A DNA stretch of 64,000 nt. Origin: Thalassospira sp. GTDB lineage: Bacteria; Pseudomonadota; Alphaproteobacteria; Rhodospirillales; Thalassospiraceae. Both the position numbers and the translations under genes were made by a program. Position 1 is the stretch's first letter. Every line of letters starts with the position of its first letter. The stretch spans positions 5,945 to 69,944 of the forward strand of contig JBLXDD010000018.1 of the NCBI GenBank assembly GCA_048264285.1, written 5' to 3'. Below, piece after piece: positions 42,913 to 53,406 of this stretch. The notes beneath the pieces were generated by a model. That model made no database searches. It saw only the letters and a program-made list of their open reading frames with translations, and was not told where the DNA came from.

Positions 42913-44112
42913 ATGGATCTGACGGCTTTGAAAAAGATTGATGTTCTTGTCATCGGGGCGGGTGCCGCCGGTCTGATGTGCGCGATTGAGGCGGGCAAAC
43001 GCGGACGATCCGTCGTGGTCGTGGACCATTCTGCAAAACCGGCAGAAAAAATTCGCATTTCGGGTGGCGGGCGCTGCAACTTCACCAATATCCATACCAG
43101 CCCGGAAAACTTTATCTCGGAAAACAAGCGTTTCTGCGTTTCCGCGCTCAAACGCTATACGCAGCATGATTTCCTTGATCTGGTCAATCGGTACAATATT
43201 GCCTGGCATGAAAAGACCCTGGGCCAGCTTTTTTGCGATGAAAATTCCTTTCAGATCATCGACATGTTGCTTGATGAATGCGACGCTGCGGATGTCACCA
43301 TCAGGCTCAATACCGAGATATCCAACATCCTCAGGCGCGAAGATGGCGGCTTTGACGTCACCACGCGCACCGGCGCACAATGGACGTGTGAATCGCTGGT
43401 CGTGGCTTGTGGCGGGTTGTCGATCCCCAAAATCGGGGCCACCGGGTTCGGCTATCAGATTGCACGGCAATTTGGCATCAATGTCGTTCCGACCCGTGCG
43501 GCCCTTGTCCCGTTCGTTTTTGATCCAGATCTGCGCGAACGTACGGGTGCTCTTTCGGGCATTTCTGTTGATGCCGTTGTCCAATGCAACAAGAAACAGT
43601 TCCGCGAAGGGTTGCTGTTTACCCATCGTGGTCTTTCGGGGCCATCAATTTTGCAAATTTCGTCTTATTGGAATGAAGGTGACAGCATCACGGTCAATCT
43701 GAACCCCGAAGAAGATGCCTTTGATCTTTTGAAAACAGCCAAGGGCGAAACCCCCAAACAGGCCGTGCACACGGTTTTGTCACGCATCCTGCCAAACCGT
43801 CTTGCCCAGATGATTACAACAACCCATGGTCTGGATCGTCCGATTGGCGAAACCGGCGACAAGGCGCTTCGCAAACTTGCCATGGATGTTAATCAATGGG
43901 CATTAACACCAAGCGGGACCGAGGGATATCGCACAGCCGAAGTCACGGTTGGCGGAGTTGATACCAATGCATTGTCATCCAAAACCATGGAAGCACGGGA
44001 CGTGCCCGGCCTTTATTTCATTGGCGAAGTGGTTGACGTCACGGGTCATCTTGGCGGCTTTAATTTCCAATGGGCATGGTCATCTGGCTGGTCTGCGGGG
44101 CAGGTTGTCTAA
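42913..44112 (+). CDS. NAD(P)/FAD-dependent oxidoreductase, HI0933/YhiN (BaiN-like) family
   Basis: DVLVIGAGAAGLMCA, GGGRCNFTN, C-terminal GEVVDVTGHLGGFNFQWAWSSG. The start is set at ATG 42913. Confidence 0.85.
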   Translation: MDLTALKKIDVLVIGAGAAGLMCAIEAGKRGRSVVVVDHSAKPAEKIRISGGGRCNFTNIHTSPENFISENKRFCVSALKRYTQHDFLDLVNRYNIAWHEKTLGQLFCDENSFQIIDMLLDECDAADVTIRLNTEISNILRREDGGFDVTTRTGAQWTCESLVVACGGLSIPKIGATGFGYQIARQFGINVVPTRAALVPFVFDPDLRERTGALSGISVDAVVQCNKKQFREGLLFTHRGLSGPSILQISSYWNEGDSITVNLNPEEDAFDLLKTAKGETPKQAVHTVLSRILPNRLAQMITTTHGLDRPIGETGDKALRKLAMDVNQWALTPSGTEGYRTAEVTVGGVDTNALSSKTMEARDVPGLYFIGEVVDVTGHLGGFNFQWAWSSGWSAGQVV

Positions 44113-44231
44113 CGCCCCGGTTCAAGTCCCCGCACCACTGTTTTGATCCCGTGCGGGAACAATTGCGAAAACCAATCGTTTGAGTTGCAAGGGCGGTACA
44201 AACACCGCTGCAACAAATGTGAGGTTACAAC

Positions 44232-44423
44232 ATGCTTGAATATGGTGGAATTATTGGACTTCTGATTCTGATTGCCGATATCTGGGCAATCGTGAACATC
44301 ATGGGCAGTGGTGCCAGCACCGGCGCAAAGGTCCTTTGGACTGTGCTTGTTGTTGTTCTGCCGGTCCTTGGCCTGATCATCTGGTTCTTTGCCGGTCCGC
44401 GTGGTGGTCGCGCGACGGCTTAA
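44232..44423 (+). CDS. PLDc_N-like small membrane protein
   Basis: 63 aa, 2 TM. IADIWAIVNI...KVLWTVLVVVLPVLGLIIWFFAGPRG matches the PLD-nuclease N-terminal small-protein family. Confidence 0.65.
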   Translation: MLEYGGIIGLLILIADIWAIVNIMGSGASTGAKVLWTVLVVVLPVLGLIIWFFAGPRGGRATA

Positions 44424-44447
44424 AACCGGAAAAATATTTTCTCTCAA

Positions 44448-44492
44448 CACCAAGAAGGCCGACAGTTCTCTGTCGGCCTTCTTGGTGTTTTT
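44448..44492. terminator. strong bidirectional intrinsic terminator
   Basis: 18-bp perfect stem caccaagaaggccgacag/ctgtcggccttcttggtg with a 4-nt loop, followed by TTTTT. Confidence 0.85.
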
Positions 44493-44558
44493 AGCTTGAA
44501 CCGTTGTGCCGGAAATATTCTTCTGTCCTGCAAGGCAAGGAACGCTGCGGGGCAGACT

Positions 44559-46325
44559 CTAAATCCCGGCGGCAAAGATCACTGCGGCACCAATAGCAAT
44601 AAGCCCGATCCGCATCCAGCCCGGCCGCGGCGCAATAAGCCCATAAGAAATCGCCGTTAGTCCAAGCGATACCTTAAGCCCGGCAACCACCGCCCAAAAC
44701 GGGGTACTACCCAGATCGATCAGGGCGCTGTTCGCGATCATGGCCAGCGGCACGATATAAAGCCCGATGCCAAGTGCCATCGCCGTACCGGCCACCTTAA
44801 GCCAGTTTTCTTCGACCATGCCTGCGGCAATAAACACAGCACCACAAACGGGCGGAGTGATGGTCGAAAGCAATGCAAACCAGAAGACAAACAGATGTGC
44901 CTGAAGCGGATCCAGCCCAAGTTCAATCAGGGCAGGCCCCGCAACCGAAACGCAAATCACATATGCCGCCGTTGTCGGCACCTCCATCCCGAGGATCAAA
45001 CAGGCAAGTGCCGTCAGAAGAAGGGCTGGCCACAACATACCGCCCGAACCGGAAATCAGAAGTGACGTGATCTTGACACCAAGCCCGGTTAATCCCAGCA
45101 CCCCGATCACGATCGAGGCACATAAAATGATCGAACCGATCATGGCGACCTGACGCCCGGCATTCAGGCAAACATCGGTAAACCGTTCCTTGCTGCGTGC
45201 AAGATCAAACGTCAGATCCGCATCCAGAAACAGCAATCCGGCCCCGGCCAGAAGCGCAAGACAGGCGGCATATTGCGGCGTGTAACCACCGCCAAACATC
45301 CCCCAAAGCAGAATACTGAACGGCACCAGAAAGAATGCCGACGTGATCATCACTGCGCGCATTTTCGGTCGATCTTCCTTGGGGACACCCGGCAGATCAA
45401 AGCGCATGGCAAACGCATTGATCCCGACCCAGACTGCCAGGAAATATAGCGTGGCGGGCAAAATGGCGGCGACCATGATGTCGACATAGGGCCTGCCGGT
45501 CAGTTCCACCATCACAAAGGCCCCGGCCCCCATCAATGGCGGCATGATTTGTCCGCCACTTGATGCAACGGCCTCGACCGCTGCGGCAAGGCGTTTGGGA
45601 TAGCCAAGCTTGGTCATTGCCGGCAGGGTAATCGCGCCGGTCGAGGCGACATTGGCCGATGCAGATCCTGAAATCGAACCAAAAAGTGCAGATGACACCA
45701 CCGATACCTTGGCCGCACCGCCCTTAAGCCGCCCGGCGGCAGCCCCGGCGACATTCATGAACCCCTGACCGGCTTCGCCACCGTTCAGAACCGCACCAAA
45801 AATCACAAAGATCGCAACGATATTGACCGAAACCCCTGTCAGGCTGCCCCAAAGCCCGCCCTCGGCAATAGTCAAAGTCCCCAGCAGACTTTCCACTGGC
45901 AACCCGGCATGGCCGAACTCGCCGGGAATATTTTCACCCAACAGCGCATAAAGCAGTGCAATCCCGGCAACTGTCGGCAGCGGCCAGCCAATCGCACGCC
46001 GCGCCATTTCAAGCACGATCAGCAATAACGCCCCGGCAAGGATGATCTGGCTGTTTCCGATCAGGAACCCGTACTGGTCGCCCAATGTCTGATGGTTGGC
46101 GACGATCCAGCCACAGCTGATCAACCCGACAAAGGTCAGAATGACCCCGGAAACCTTCTGTGCGCGGGTTTTGGCAACAAATACAAGCGCCCAAGGCAGG
46201 GCAAGCGCCATATGAATCGGCCGACTGACAAGATTGGGCACCAATCCTGAAAAAATCAGCCAAAGATGAAAAATGATCGAAATGGCGCCAAGGGCGATCC
46301 AGAAGGGACGGGTGAAGGCTGACAT
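44559..46325 (-). CDS. TRAP transporter fused permease (TAXI-associated)
   Basis: 588 aa, highly hydrophobic (more than 14 TM helices). Lies immediately downstream of a TAXI-type binding protein gene. Confidence 0.85.
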   Translation of the reverse strand: MSAFTRPFWIALGAISIIFHLWLIFSGLVPNLVSRPIHMALALPWALVFVAKTRAQKVSGVILTFVGLISCGWIVANHQTLGDQYGFLIGNSQIILAGALLLIVLEMARRAIGWPLPTVAGIALLYALLGENIPGEFGHAGLPVESLLGTLTIAEGGLWGSLTGVSVNIVAIFVIFGAVLNGGEAGQGFMNVAGAAAGRLKGGAAKVSVVSSALFGSISGSASANVASTGAITLPAMTKLGYPKRLAAAVEAVASSGGQIMPPLMGAGAFVMVELTGRPYVDIMVAAILPATLYFLAVWVGINAFAMRFDLPGVPKEDRPKMRAVMITSAFFLVPFSILLWGMFGGGYTPQYAACLALLAGAGLLFLDADLTFDLARSKERFTDVCLNAGRQVAMIGSIILCASIVIGVLGLTGLGVKITSLLISGSGGMLWPALLLTALACLILGMEVPTTAAYVICVSVAGPALIELGLDPLQAHLFVFWFALLSTITPPVCGAVFIAAGMVEENWLKVAGTAMALGIGLYIVPLAMIANSALIDLGSTPFWAVVAGLKVSLGLTAISYGLIAPRPGWMRIGLIAIGAAVIFAAGI

Positions 46326-46399
46326 ATTTTCGATGTATCGTTTAATAAAGAAGGGCCCGGCAAAGCTGCCGGGCCTCGGATGTTTTGATTGCTCGGCGG

Positions 46400-47362
46400 T
46401 TAGCGCTGATCATCGCGCACGGAAAAGCCGACTTCGTCATAATAACGAAGCGCACCGGGATGCATCTTGCCGGTAATATTGGCAAGCATGGCCGGGGCTA
46501 CACCGTTCCACCAGGATGAACTTTCACCCATTTTTGCCTTCTGCTCCCAGAAGGTTTTGGTCAGTTCATAGGCGGTATCCGCATCCATCTGGGTGGTGGC
46601 AAAGGCAACAACCGAAAGTGATGCAGTCGTGATGTCGGTTTCCTGCCCGTTATAGGTACCAGCCGGAATGACGGTCTTGTCACGTTTGGTCAGGGCAAGC
46701 TGATCATCAGACAGCGACAGAATATCCACATCCGTTCCAGCCGCAGCCTCGATCACGTTCGGCGCCGGCCAGGATCCAGCCGTCACAAAGCCATCAATCT
46801 GACCGTTCTTAAGGGCTGCAACCGCGTTGGACAGTTCGGCATCGGCCAGATCGACCTTATCTTCAAGGCCAAACAGCTGAAGGTATTTCGCCCCTTCGCG
46901 CGCACCAAAGGACCCCTTGCCCAGCAAGATGGTCTTGCCTTCCAGATCGGCAAAGCTGGTCGCACCTGCATCAGCGCGCATCACGAAATGCATGGTCAGC
47001 GACGGGATCGGGAAAAGAGCGCGAACCTCGGCGAACTTTTCGGTCGGACGGCCTTCAAACGGACCTTTGCCATTTTGTGCCAGACTTACCAGACCGGGGG
47101 GAGAGGTAAAAACATAGTTGCCCGGACGGACCATGGCTTCCATGACGTTCTGGACCGACCCCTGGCTTTCCTCGACCGTGACGATGATGTCACCATTGGT
47201 TCCGGTTTTCATGGCTTCGGCAAACTGGGCTGCCATCTGATAATAGGATGATGCGGCCTTCGCCGACTTAAGGGTCACACGGGTTTCGGCCTGTGCGGTG
47301 CTTGCAATAGACAGGCTCATCATACCCGCAGCAATGACGCCAAGTGTGCGCAGAATTTTCAA
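46400..47362 (-). CDS. TAXI-family TRAP transporter solute-binding protein
   Basis: 320 aa. The TTG start is preceded by GGGGAGG. Signal peptide ending ...ASTAQA. Conserved SSYYQ and GxxPGxxRYYxE TAXI features. Confidence 0.85.
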   Translation of the reverse strand: MKILRTLGVIAAGMMSLSIASTAQAETRVTLKSAKAASSYYQMAAQFAEAMKTGTNGDIIVTVEESQGSVQNVMEAMVRPGNYVFTSPPGLVSLAQNGKGPFEGRPTEKFAEVRALFPIPSLTMHFVMRADAGATSFADLEGKTILLGKGSFGAREGAKYLQLFGLEDKVDLADAELSNAVAALKNGQIDGFVTAGSWPAPNVIEAAAGTDVDILSLSDDQLALTKRDKTVIPAGTYNGQETDITTASLSVVAFATTQMDADTAYELTKTFWEQKAKMGESSSWWNGVAPAMLANITGKMHPGALRYYDEVGFSVRDDQR

Positions 47363-47787
47363 GGTTTCCTCCCCTTGTATGGTCGGTTCACGGTCTGGCT
47401 TGATTGCCCGTTATTGCCGATGAACCAAAAAGCTGATGGCAAAGCGCAAAAAACCACCCTTGTTTTAAAAGGATTTTGGCAAAATGCAGCTGATTTCGAC
47501 CATAGAAAGCATCAATCCCCCCAAGGTCAAGCCGCTTGTACCATTTGCAATGGATTTGCCACCTTTTTGATTAGAATTGGCATCTGTTTGCACATGGCAG
47601 TTGCGCGAAACCGTCACTATGCACGTAGTCAAAGCAGGCCTTAGGGTTCAAACTCATTCAAATGCTCGTTCCGGTTTTAACAGAAAAACACACTGTTATC
47701 CTTGTCTGCCAACAGCTTGTAAGGTTTGACAGTCTTCTCCCCTTGGCTCAGGGTGCCTTCCCTGACGATATTCACAACGAGGAAGCC

Positions 47788-49275
47788 ATGCCGCGTTCGC
47801 CGGTCGCAATGATTATTGCTTTGTCTGCAACCCTGTTTGCGGCCTTTACGCTTAACAGCGGTTCGTCCCTGCAATCATCATTGCTTGCACTTCGCGCCTC
47901 GGCCGAAGGATTTGCCCCGGTCTATACCGGTATCATCATGGCATCCTATTATATCGGGTTTGTCGCCGGGATTGTCTGGGGGGCAAGCCTTGTGAACCGG
48001 GTGGGTCATATCCGGACTTTTGCCGCCCTTGCCTCAACCGGGTCTGCGATCACCCTGTTGCACGCGGTCTTTGTCGACCCGATTACCTGGTCCCTGTTTC
48101 GTGCTTTGACCGGCCTTTGTCTTTCCGGATTGTATCTCGTGGTTGAAAGCTGGCTGAACGCACAGGCGGACAACACATCTCGTGGCAGCACAATTGCCAT
48201 TTACATGACAGTTTCTCTGGGGGGTTTGGCAATTGGTCAGCTTTTGCTGAACGGGGCCCCGGTCAACAGCTTTGAGCTGTTTACTGTTGCCTCCGTCTTG
48301 CTGTCTCTGTCGCTGGTGCCATTGGCTCTGACCCGTCAGCCGCCGCCATCTGCGGTCAGTGGCGAACGTATGACGTTCCGCCGTCTGTACAAAATTTCCC
48401 CGCTTGGCTTTGTCGCAGCATCCGGGGCCGGTGTTCTGTCGGGGGCGGTATATGGTGTTGGTCCGGTTTTTGCCGCCGACCTTGGTCTTGCGACCAACGA
48501 CGTCGCCTATTTCATGTTCTTTGTCATTCTGGGTGGCATGATCATGCAGTTCCCGATCGGTAAGATATCGGACATGGTTCCGCGCCAATATGTGATGATC
48601 TTCGTTCTGTGCGGCCTTACCCTGTCGGGGCTGTTCCCGCTTATGGCGCCCGAACTGGTGCGCCATAATTTAACCATCTGGGGTGGCATTACGGGTGTCT
48701 TTATCATGCCGCTCTATGGACTGGCTGTTGCCTATGTGAACGATTATCTCGAACCCGAAGATATCGTTCCCGCATCGGGCGGCCTGTTGATCATTTATGG
48801 CGGATCGGCCGCCACAGGACCACTGGTCGGGGCCAGTGCAATTGGCCATTTCGGGCCATGGGCGTTACCGGTTCTGTTCTCGATCATCGGGATCGGTGTT
48901 GGAAGCTTTGCAATGTACCGTTCAGGCTTTGGGCGTCGTATCTCGACAGAGGAACAAGGGCAATTCGTCGCGGTCCCGCGCACCACACCCATGGCCTTTG
49001 AACTGTCCCCGATCACCGATGATATCAGCACCGACGATACCACCGATCATGGGGACGATGCCGCCATGACCGATCAGGCCGCAAACCCCGATACTCCCCA
49101 AGATCTGAAAGATCTTCTGACCCCCGACGGGACGGCCCATCCAGATGATTTCGGACAGGTCCCGGCCGCCGACATGGATGACACAGCCGAAATTGAACAA
49201 ACCGACGCCCGACCAACTCGTGTCAGTGACAATGCGGGCCTTAACCCTAACGACAATCCTGAAACGAAAACCTGA
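47788..49275 (+). CDS. MFS transporter with a long acidic C-terminal tail
   Basis: The ATG at 47788 is preceded by GAGGAAG. 12 predicted TM helices. The last roughly 111 aa are Asp/Thr/Pro-rich and non-hydrophobic. Confidence 0.8.
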   Translation: MPRSPVAMIIALSATLFAAFTLNSGSSLQSSLLALRASAEGFAPVYTGIIMASYYIGFVAGIVWGASLVNRVGHIRTFAALASTGSAITLLHAVFVDPITWSLFRALTGLCLSGLYLVVESWLNAQADNTSRGSTIAIYMTVSLGGLAIGQLLLNGAPVNSFELFTVASVLLSLSLVPLALTRQPPPSAVSGERMTFRRLYKISPLGFVAASGAGVLSGAVYGVGPVFAADLGLATNDVAYFMFFVILGGMIMQFPIGKISDMVPRQYVMIFVLCGLTLSGLFPLMAPELVRHNLTIWGGITGVFIMPLYGLAVAYVNDYLEPEDIVPASGGLLIIYGGSAATGPLVGASAIGHFGPWALPVLFSIIGIGVGSFAMYRSGFGRRISTEEQGQFVAVPRTTPMAFELSPITDDISTDDTTDHGDDAAMTDQAANPDTPQDLKDLLTPDGTAHPDDFGQVPAADMDDTAEIEQTDARPTRVSDNAGLNPNDNPETKT

Positions 49276-49410
49276 CCGGATCAGATCGGCACCTGCCGGG
49301 TGGCGTTCCATAATACGGAAAAGATCCCGTATTTTTGAAACAGCCTGTGGACCCGGCCCGGTATCAGCCCATATGTTGGGAACCAACGATAAGCGGGTTT
49401 GTTATATTTT

Positions 49411-49425
49411 ATGCAAGACTTGCAT
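49411..49425. promoter_or_regulatory. perfect palindrome ATGCAAG-a-CTTGCAT upstream of glcB
   Basis: 7-1-7 inverted repeat, 53 nt before the glcB ATG, flanked by AT-rich sequence (ttatatttt...gatcaaaa). Confidence 0.35.
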
Positions 49426-49477
49426 GATCAAAACACCCATTTTGCCCGCAACGCTTTCACGTCTGGTGAGAAAAAAT

Positions 49478-51670
49478 ATGACCCAACGCATCCAAGAAGG
49501 TGGCCTTCAGATCGCCAAAGTTCTGCATGATCTGATCGCCAACGAAGTCATTCCGGGAACAGGGATCAGTTCCGATCAATTCTGGGCATCCTTTGAAAAG
49601 CTCGTCACCGAACTTGGACCGCGCAACAAGGCACTGCTTGCCAAACGCGATGAACTACAGGCCAAAATCGACGAATGGCATATTTCTCGCGCTGATCAAC
49701 CACGCGATCCCGCCGCTTATAAGGAATTCCTGACCGAGATTGGCTATCTTCTGCCAGAAGGCGAGGATTTCTATGTATCGACCACCAATGTCGATCCGGA
49801 AATCGGCCGGGTTGCAGGTCCGCAGCTTGTCGTGCCGGTAATGAATGCACGCTATGCCTTGAATGCGGCAAATGCCCGTTGGGGCAGCCTGTATGACGCG
49901 CTGTATGGCACGGATGTCATCGACGAAACCGATGGCAAGGAAAGGACCAAAGAGTTCAATCCGAAACGTGGTGCCGCGGTTGTGGCATATGCCGCGAACT
50001 TCCTTGATGAAGCCGTTCCGCTTGCGACCGGCAAACATGCCGATGCGACCAAGTACGAAGTCCGTGAAGACAGCTCTGGCTGGTGGACGTTGGTGGTCAC
50101 CCTTTCGGATGGCAGCGAAACGGCACTGGAATTGCCGTCGCAATTCATCGGCTATAACGAAAAGGATGGTGAACTGACCAACATCCTTTTGCGCCGCCAT
50201 AGCTTGCATATCGAAATCCATATTGATCCGACCCACCCGATTGGCAAAGAACATGCTGCGGGTGTGTGCGATGTGATCATGGAATCTGCGGTCAGCACCA
50301 TTCAGGATTGCGAAGACTCGATCGCGGCCGTGGATGCCGAGGACAAGACCGTTGCCTATCGCAACTGGCTTGGCCTGATGAAAGGCACGCTTGAGGAAAA
50401 GTTTGAAAAGGACGGCAAGATAATCACCCGCCGTCTGAACCCGGACCGGACCTATCAGGGATTTGACGGCCAGGAGGTTGTTCTGCCCGGCCGCAGCTTG
50501 ATGCTGATCCGCAATGTTGGTCATCTGATGACCACCGATGCTGTGCTTGATGCCAATGGCAACGAAGTCCCGGAAGGCTTCCTTGATGCCATGGTCACCA
50601 GCCTGATCGCCAAGCATGACGTGATCGGCAATAACGAACTTTCGAATTCACGCCATGGCAGCGTCTATATCGTGAAACCGAAAATGCACGGCCCCGAGGA
50701 AGTTGAACTGACCAATGATCTGTTTGCCTTTGTCGAACAGGCAATTGATCTGCCCGAACATACCCTTAAGGTCGGCATCATGGACGAGGAACGCCGCACG
50801 ACGGTCAACCTCAAGCAATGCATTCGCGCAGCCAAGGACCGTGTTGTCTTTATCAATACCGGCTTCCTTGATCGTACCGGTGATGAAATCCACACCAGCA
50901 TGGAAGCAGGCCCGATGGTTCGCAAGGAAGCGATGAAGGACCAGTACTGGATCGCGGCCTATGAAAACTGGAACGTTGATATCGGTCTTGAATGCGGCAT
51001 GAAAGGTGTTGCCCAGATCGGCAAGGGCATGTGGGCCAAGCCCGATCGCATGGCCGAAATGATGGAAGCCAAGATCGCCCACCCGAAGGCCGGTGCAAAA
51101 TGCGCATGGGTTCCCTCGCCAACTGCGGCTACCTTGCATGCTATCCATTACCATCAAGTGGATGTCCGCGCGGTTCAGGATGAAATTGGCAAGCGTGAAC
51201 GCGCAAGCCTGGATGACATCCTTGCGATCCCGCGTCTGGGTGATATCAATCCGATGCCAAGCGAGATCCAAGAAGAACTTGATAACAATGCCCAAGGCAT
51301 TCTGGGCTATGTTGTCCGCTGGATCGATAGCGGGATCGGCTGTTCCAAGGTGCCCGACATCAATGATGTCGGCCTGATGGAAGACCGCGCGACGCTTCGT
51401 ATTTCAAGCCAGCATATTGCCAACTGGCTCCATCACGGGCTTTGCAGCGAAGAACAGGTGATGGAAACCATGAAACGTATGGCCGCTGTCGTCGACAAAC
51501 AGAATGAAGGCGACCCGACCTATCGCAACATGGCCCCGAACTTCGAAGACAGCATCGCCTTTGCCGCGGCCTGTGATCTGGTCTTCAAGGGACGTGAACA
51601 GCCAAACGGCTACACCGAACCGGTTCTCCATGCACGCCGCCGCGAAGCCAAGGCAAAATACGGCGCGTAA
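49478..51670 (+). CDS. glcB: malate synthase G
   Basis: 730 aa from ATG 49478 ([30 protein letters not shown]...). Conserved [36 protein letters not shown]. The track ORF's upstream extension lacks homology-like features. Confidence 0.95.
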   Translation: MTQRIQEGGLQIAKVLHDLIANEVIPGTGISSDQFWASFEKLVTELGPRNKALLAKRDELQAKIDEWHISRADQPRDPAAYKEFLTEIGYLLPEGEDFYVSTTNVDPEIGRVAGPQLVVPVMNARYALNAANARWGSLYDALYGTDVIDETDGKERTKEFNPKRGAAVVAYAANFLDEAVPLATGKHADATKYEVREDSSGWWTLVVTLSDGSETALELPSQFIGYNEKDGELTNILLRRHSLHIEIHIDPTHPIGKEHAAGVCDVIMESAVSTIQDCEDSIAAVDAEDKTVAYRNWLGLMKGTLEEKFEKDGKIITRRLNPDRTYQGFDGQEVVLPGRSLMLIRNVGHLMTTDAVLDANGNEVPEGFLDAMVTSLIAKHDVIGNNELSNSRHGSVYIVKPKMHGPEEVELTNDLFAFVEQAIDLPEHTLKVGIMDEERRTTVNLKQCIRAAKDRVVFINTGFLDRTGDEIHTSMEAGPMVRKEAMKDQYWIAAYENWNVDIGLECGMKGVAQIGKGMWAKPDRMAEMMEAKIAHPKAGAKCAWVPSPTAATLHAIHYHQVDVRAVQDEIGKRERASLDDILAIPRLGDINPMPSEIQEELDNNAQGILGYVVRWIDSGIGCSKVPDINDVGLMEDRATLRISSQHIANWLHHGLCSEEQVMETMKRMAAVVDKQNEGDPTYRNMAPNFEDSIAFAAACDLVFKGREQPNGYTEPVLHARRREAKAKYGA

Positions 51671-51703
51671 TTGCGATACCGCCCGGAAAAGTACTGCTAA
51701 AAC

Positions 51704-51734
51704 AAAAGCCGCCCGTTACGTTCGGGCGGCTTTT
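51704..51734. terminator. bidirectional terminator between glcB and map
   Basis: 12-bp stem aaaagccgcccg/cgggcggctttt with a 7-nt loop. The A-run and T-run arms serve both strands. Confidence 0.85.
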
Positions 51735-51782
51735 ATGTTGCACAAAATGCCGCAACATAAAGCGCAGCATTTTGAACGGCGA

Positions 51783-52532
51783 TCAGTTCCCCAGCGTCAT
51801 GATTTCATAGCCCTTGGCCGTAACAACAAGGGTATGTTCGTACTGCACCGTTGCATCGCCGGTATCAGCATAAAGCGTCCAGCCATCCTCGCTATCAAGC
51901 GCCCATTTTGCACCGCGCGACAGGAACGGTTCGATGGTGATCACCTGCCCTTTTCTGAGTGCCCGACGTTCCTTGGGGTCATCCCATGTCGGGACAGTGT
52001 GGGGGTGTTCATGCAGCGACTTGCCAATGCCGTGGCTGGCAAGGTTACGGATCAGGGTATAGCCGCCCTTGCGTGCAAAGTTTTCAACTTTAAGCCCGAT
52101 TTCGCGGATCGGGGCCTTGTCGCGCACCACCTTGATCCCCGCCCACATGGCCTTTTTACCGTCCTCGCACAATTTGGCAATTTCGGGCTTGGCCGTGCCG
52201 CAGATAAAGCTCGCCCCGGTATCAGAAAAATATCCATCAAGGGATGCCGAAACATCGATATTGACCAGATCACCATCGGCAAGAACCTGATCACCGGGAA
52301 TGCCGTGGGCAATGGCATCATTCACACTGATGCAGGTTGCACCGGGAAACTTGTATTCACTTTCCGGTGCGGAAATGGCGCCGGCATCTTCAAGGATCTT
52401 GCGGCCGATGTGATCAAGTTCGGCGGTTGTGATGCCCGGAACGGCCGCAGCCCCCATCACATCACGCGCACGGGCACAAATGCGCCCTATTCTGCGCATC
52501 TGTTCGAGTTCTTTTTCAGATGAAATTGTCAT
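51783..52532 (-). CDS. map: type I methionyl aminopeptidase
   Basis: From ATG 52532: MTISSEKELEQMRRIGRI.... Metal ligands in DLVNIDVS, SHGIGKSLHE, TIEPF, YEHTLVVT. Confidence 0.9.
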   Translation of the reverse strand: MTISSEKELEQMRRIGRICARARDVMGAAAVPGITTAELDHIGRKILEDAGAISAPESEYKFPGATCISVNDAIAHGIPGDQVLADGDLVNIDVSASLDGYFSDTGASFICGTAKPEIAKLCEDGKKAMWAGIKVVRDKAPIREIGLKVENFARKGGYTLIRNLASHGIGKSLHEHPHTVPTWDDPKERRALRKGQVITIEPFLSRGAKWALDSEDGWTLYADTGDATVQYEHTLVVTAKGYEIMTLGN

Positions 52533-52683
52533 GCGATGCTTATTGCGCTGCACTGTGGTGGTGTCAAGAAAACCCGTTTCGTGACGCAGTGCTATCGCCC
52601 TAAAGACGTGATAACATCCACACAAAGAAACCTCATCGGGCGCTCATCCGCCCCAACAACATCCGGGGTCTGAAACGGTTACC

Positions 52684-53319
52684 ATGACAATTACCCAGAT
52701 TATCTATTGGCTTGAACTGGCTGGTGTGGCGGTGTTTGCCATTACCGGCGCCCTTGAGGCTTCCCGACGCCAGATGGATGTTGTCGGCTTCGTTCTGATT
52801 GCTACATTCACCGGCATTGGCGGCGGAACCGTGCGCGACGTGATTACCGGCGCGACACCTGTTTTCTGGATCAGGGACCCGGCCTGGATCATCACCTGTA
52901 TCAGTGCTGCGATCTTTACCTATTTCACTGCTCATCTGGTCGAACGACGCTATGTTGCACTGATCTGGCTTGATGCAATTGGACTTGCAATGTTCGGGGT
53001 CACCGGGGCGGCAATCGGTCTTAATCTTGGTGTATCACCACTTGTTGCCATCATCCTTGGCATGATCACCGCAACCTTTGGCGGGATGGTGCGTGACGTC
53101 GTCTGTAACGAAATTCCGCTAATTCTGCGTCCCGAAATTTACATTACATGCGCAGCATTGGGGGCCGGCATTTATGTCATCGGCACAGCCGTTCTCGATC
53201 TGCCGCGTGGTCCTATTGCACTCATCGCTTTCTTTACCGCATTTTTGTTACGCGCAAGTGCGATCAAATTTCAGCTCCGCTTCCCGGTCTACAAAACGCG
53301 CCCGGGCCGGGAATATTAA
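52684..53319 (+). CDS. trimeric intracellular cation channel family protein (YadS/UPF0126)
   Basis: 211 aa, 7 TM. Duplicated G-G-G-x-(V/M)-RD motifs (GIGGGTVRD, FGGMVRD). Confidence 0.8.
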   Translation: MTITQIIYWLELAGVAVFAITGALEASRRQMDVVGFVLIATFTGIGGGTVRDVITGATPVFWIRDPAWIITCISAAIFTYFTAHLVERRYVALIWLDAIGLAMFGVTGAAIGLNLGVSPLVAIILGMITATFGGMVRDVVCNEIPLILRPEIYITCAALGAGIYVIGTAVLDLPRGPIALIAFFTAFLLRASAIKFQLRFPVYKTRPGREY

Positions 53320-53406
53320 AGCCTAGGCGCACAGAAATAATTACTTCACAACTTCCTGTCATTCTGTATTCGCGACAGCTTATAGCCCCAAAAAACAGGT
53401 GAGAAG

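Noticed and set aside
44119-44157. GGTTCAAGTCC, resembling a tRNA T-arm/T-loop, followed by a CCCGCAC/GTGCGGG hairpin. This might have been a tRNA fragment or an integration att site.
   Set aside because: The five bases on either side of TTCAAGT do not pair as a T-stem (only 3 of 5). No acceptor, D or anticodon arms can be built upstream because that region is the end of the oxidoreductase CDS. No integrase or islet follows.
47662-47787. Upstream extension of the MFS transporter ORF (the track start at 47662).
   Set aside because: The extension has no hydrophobic or conserved character. A good RBS (GAGGAAG) precedes the ATG at 47788, from which the first TM helix begins.
49145-49477. N-terminal extension of malate synthase G in the ORF track (841 aa versus 730 aa).
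   Set aside because: The extension overlaps the MFS gene tail and reads as basic low-complexity sequence. The conserved GlcB N-terminus ([13 protein letters not shown]...) begins at the ATG at 49478.
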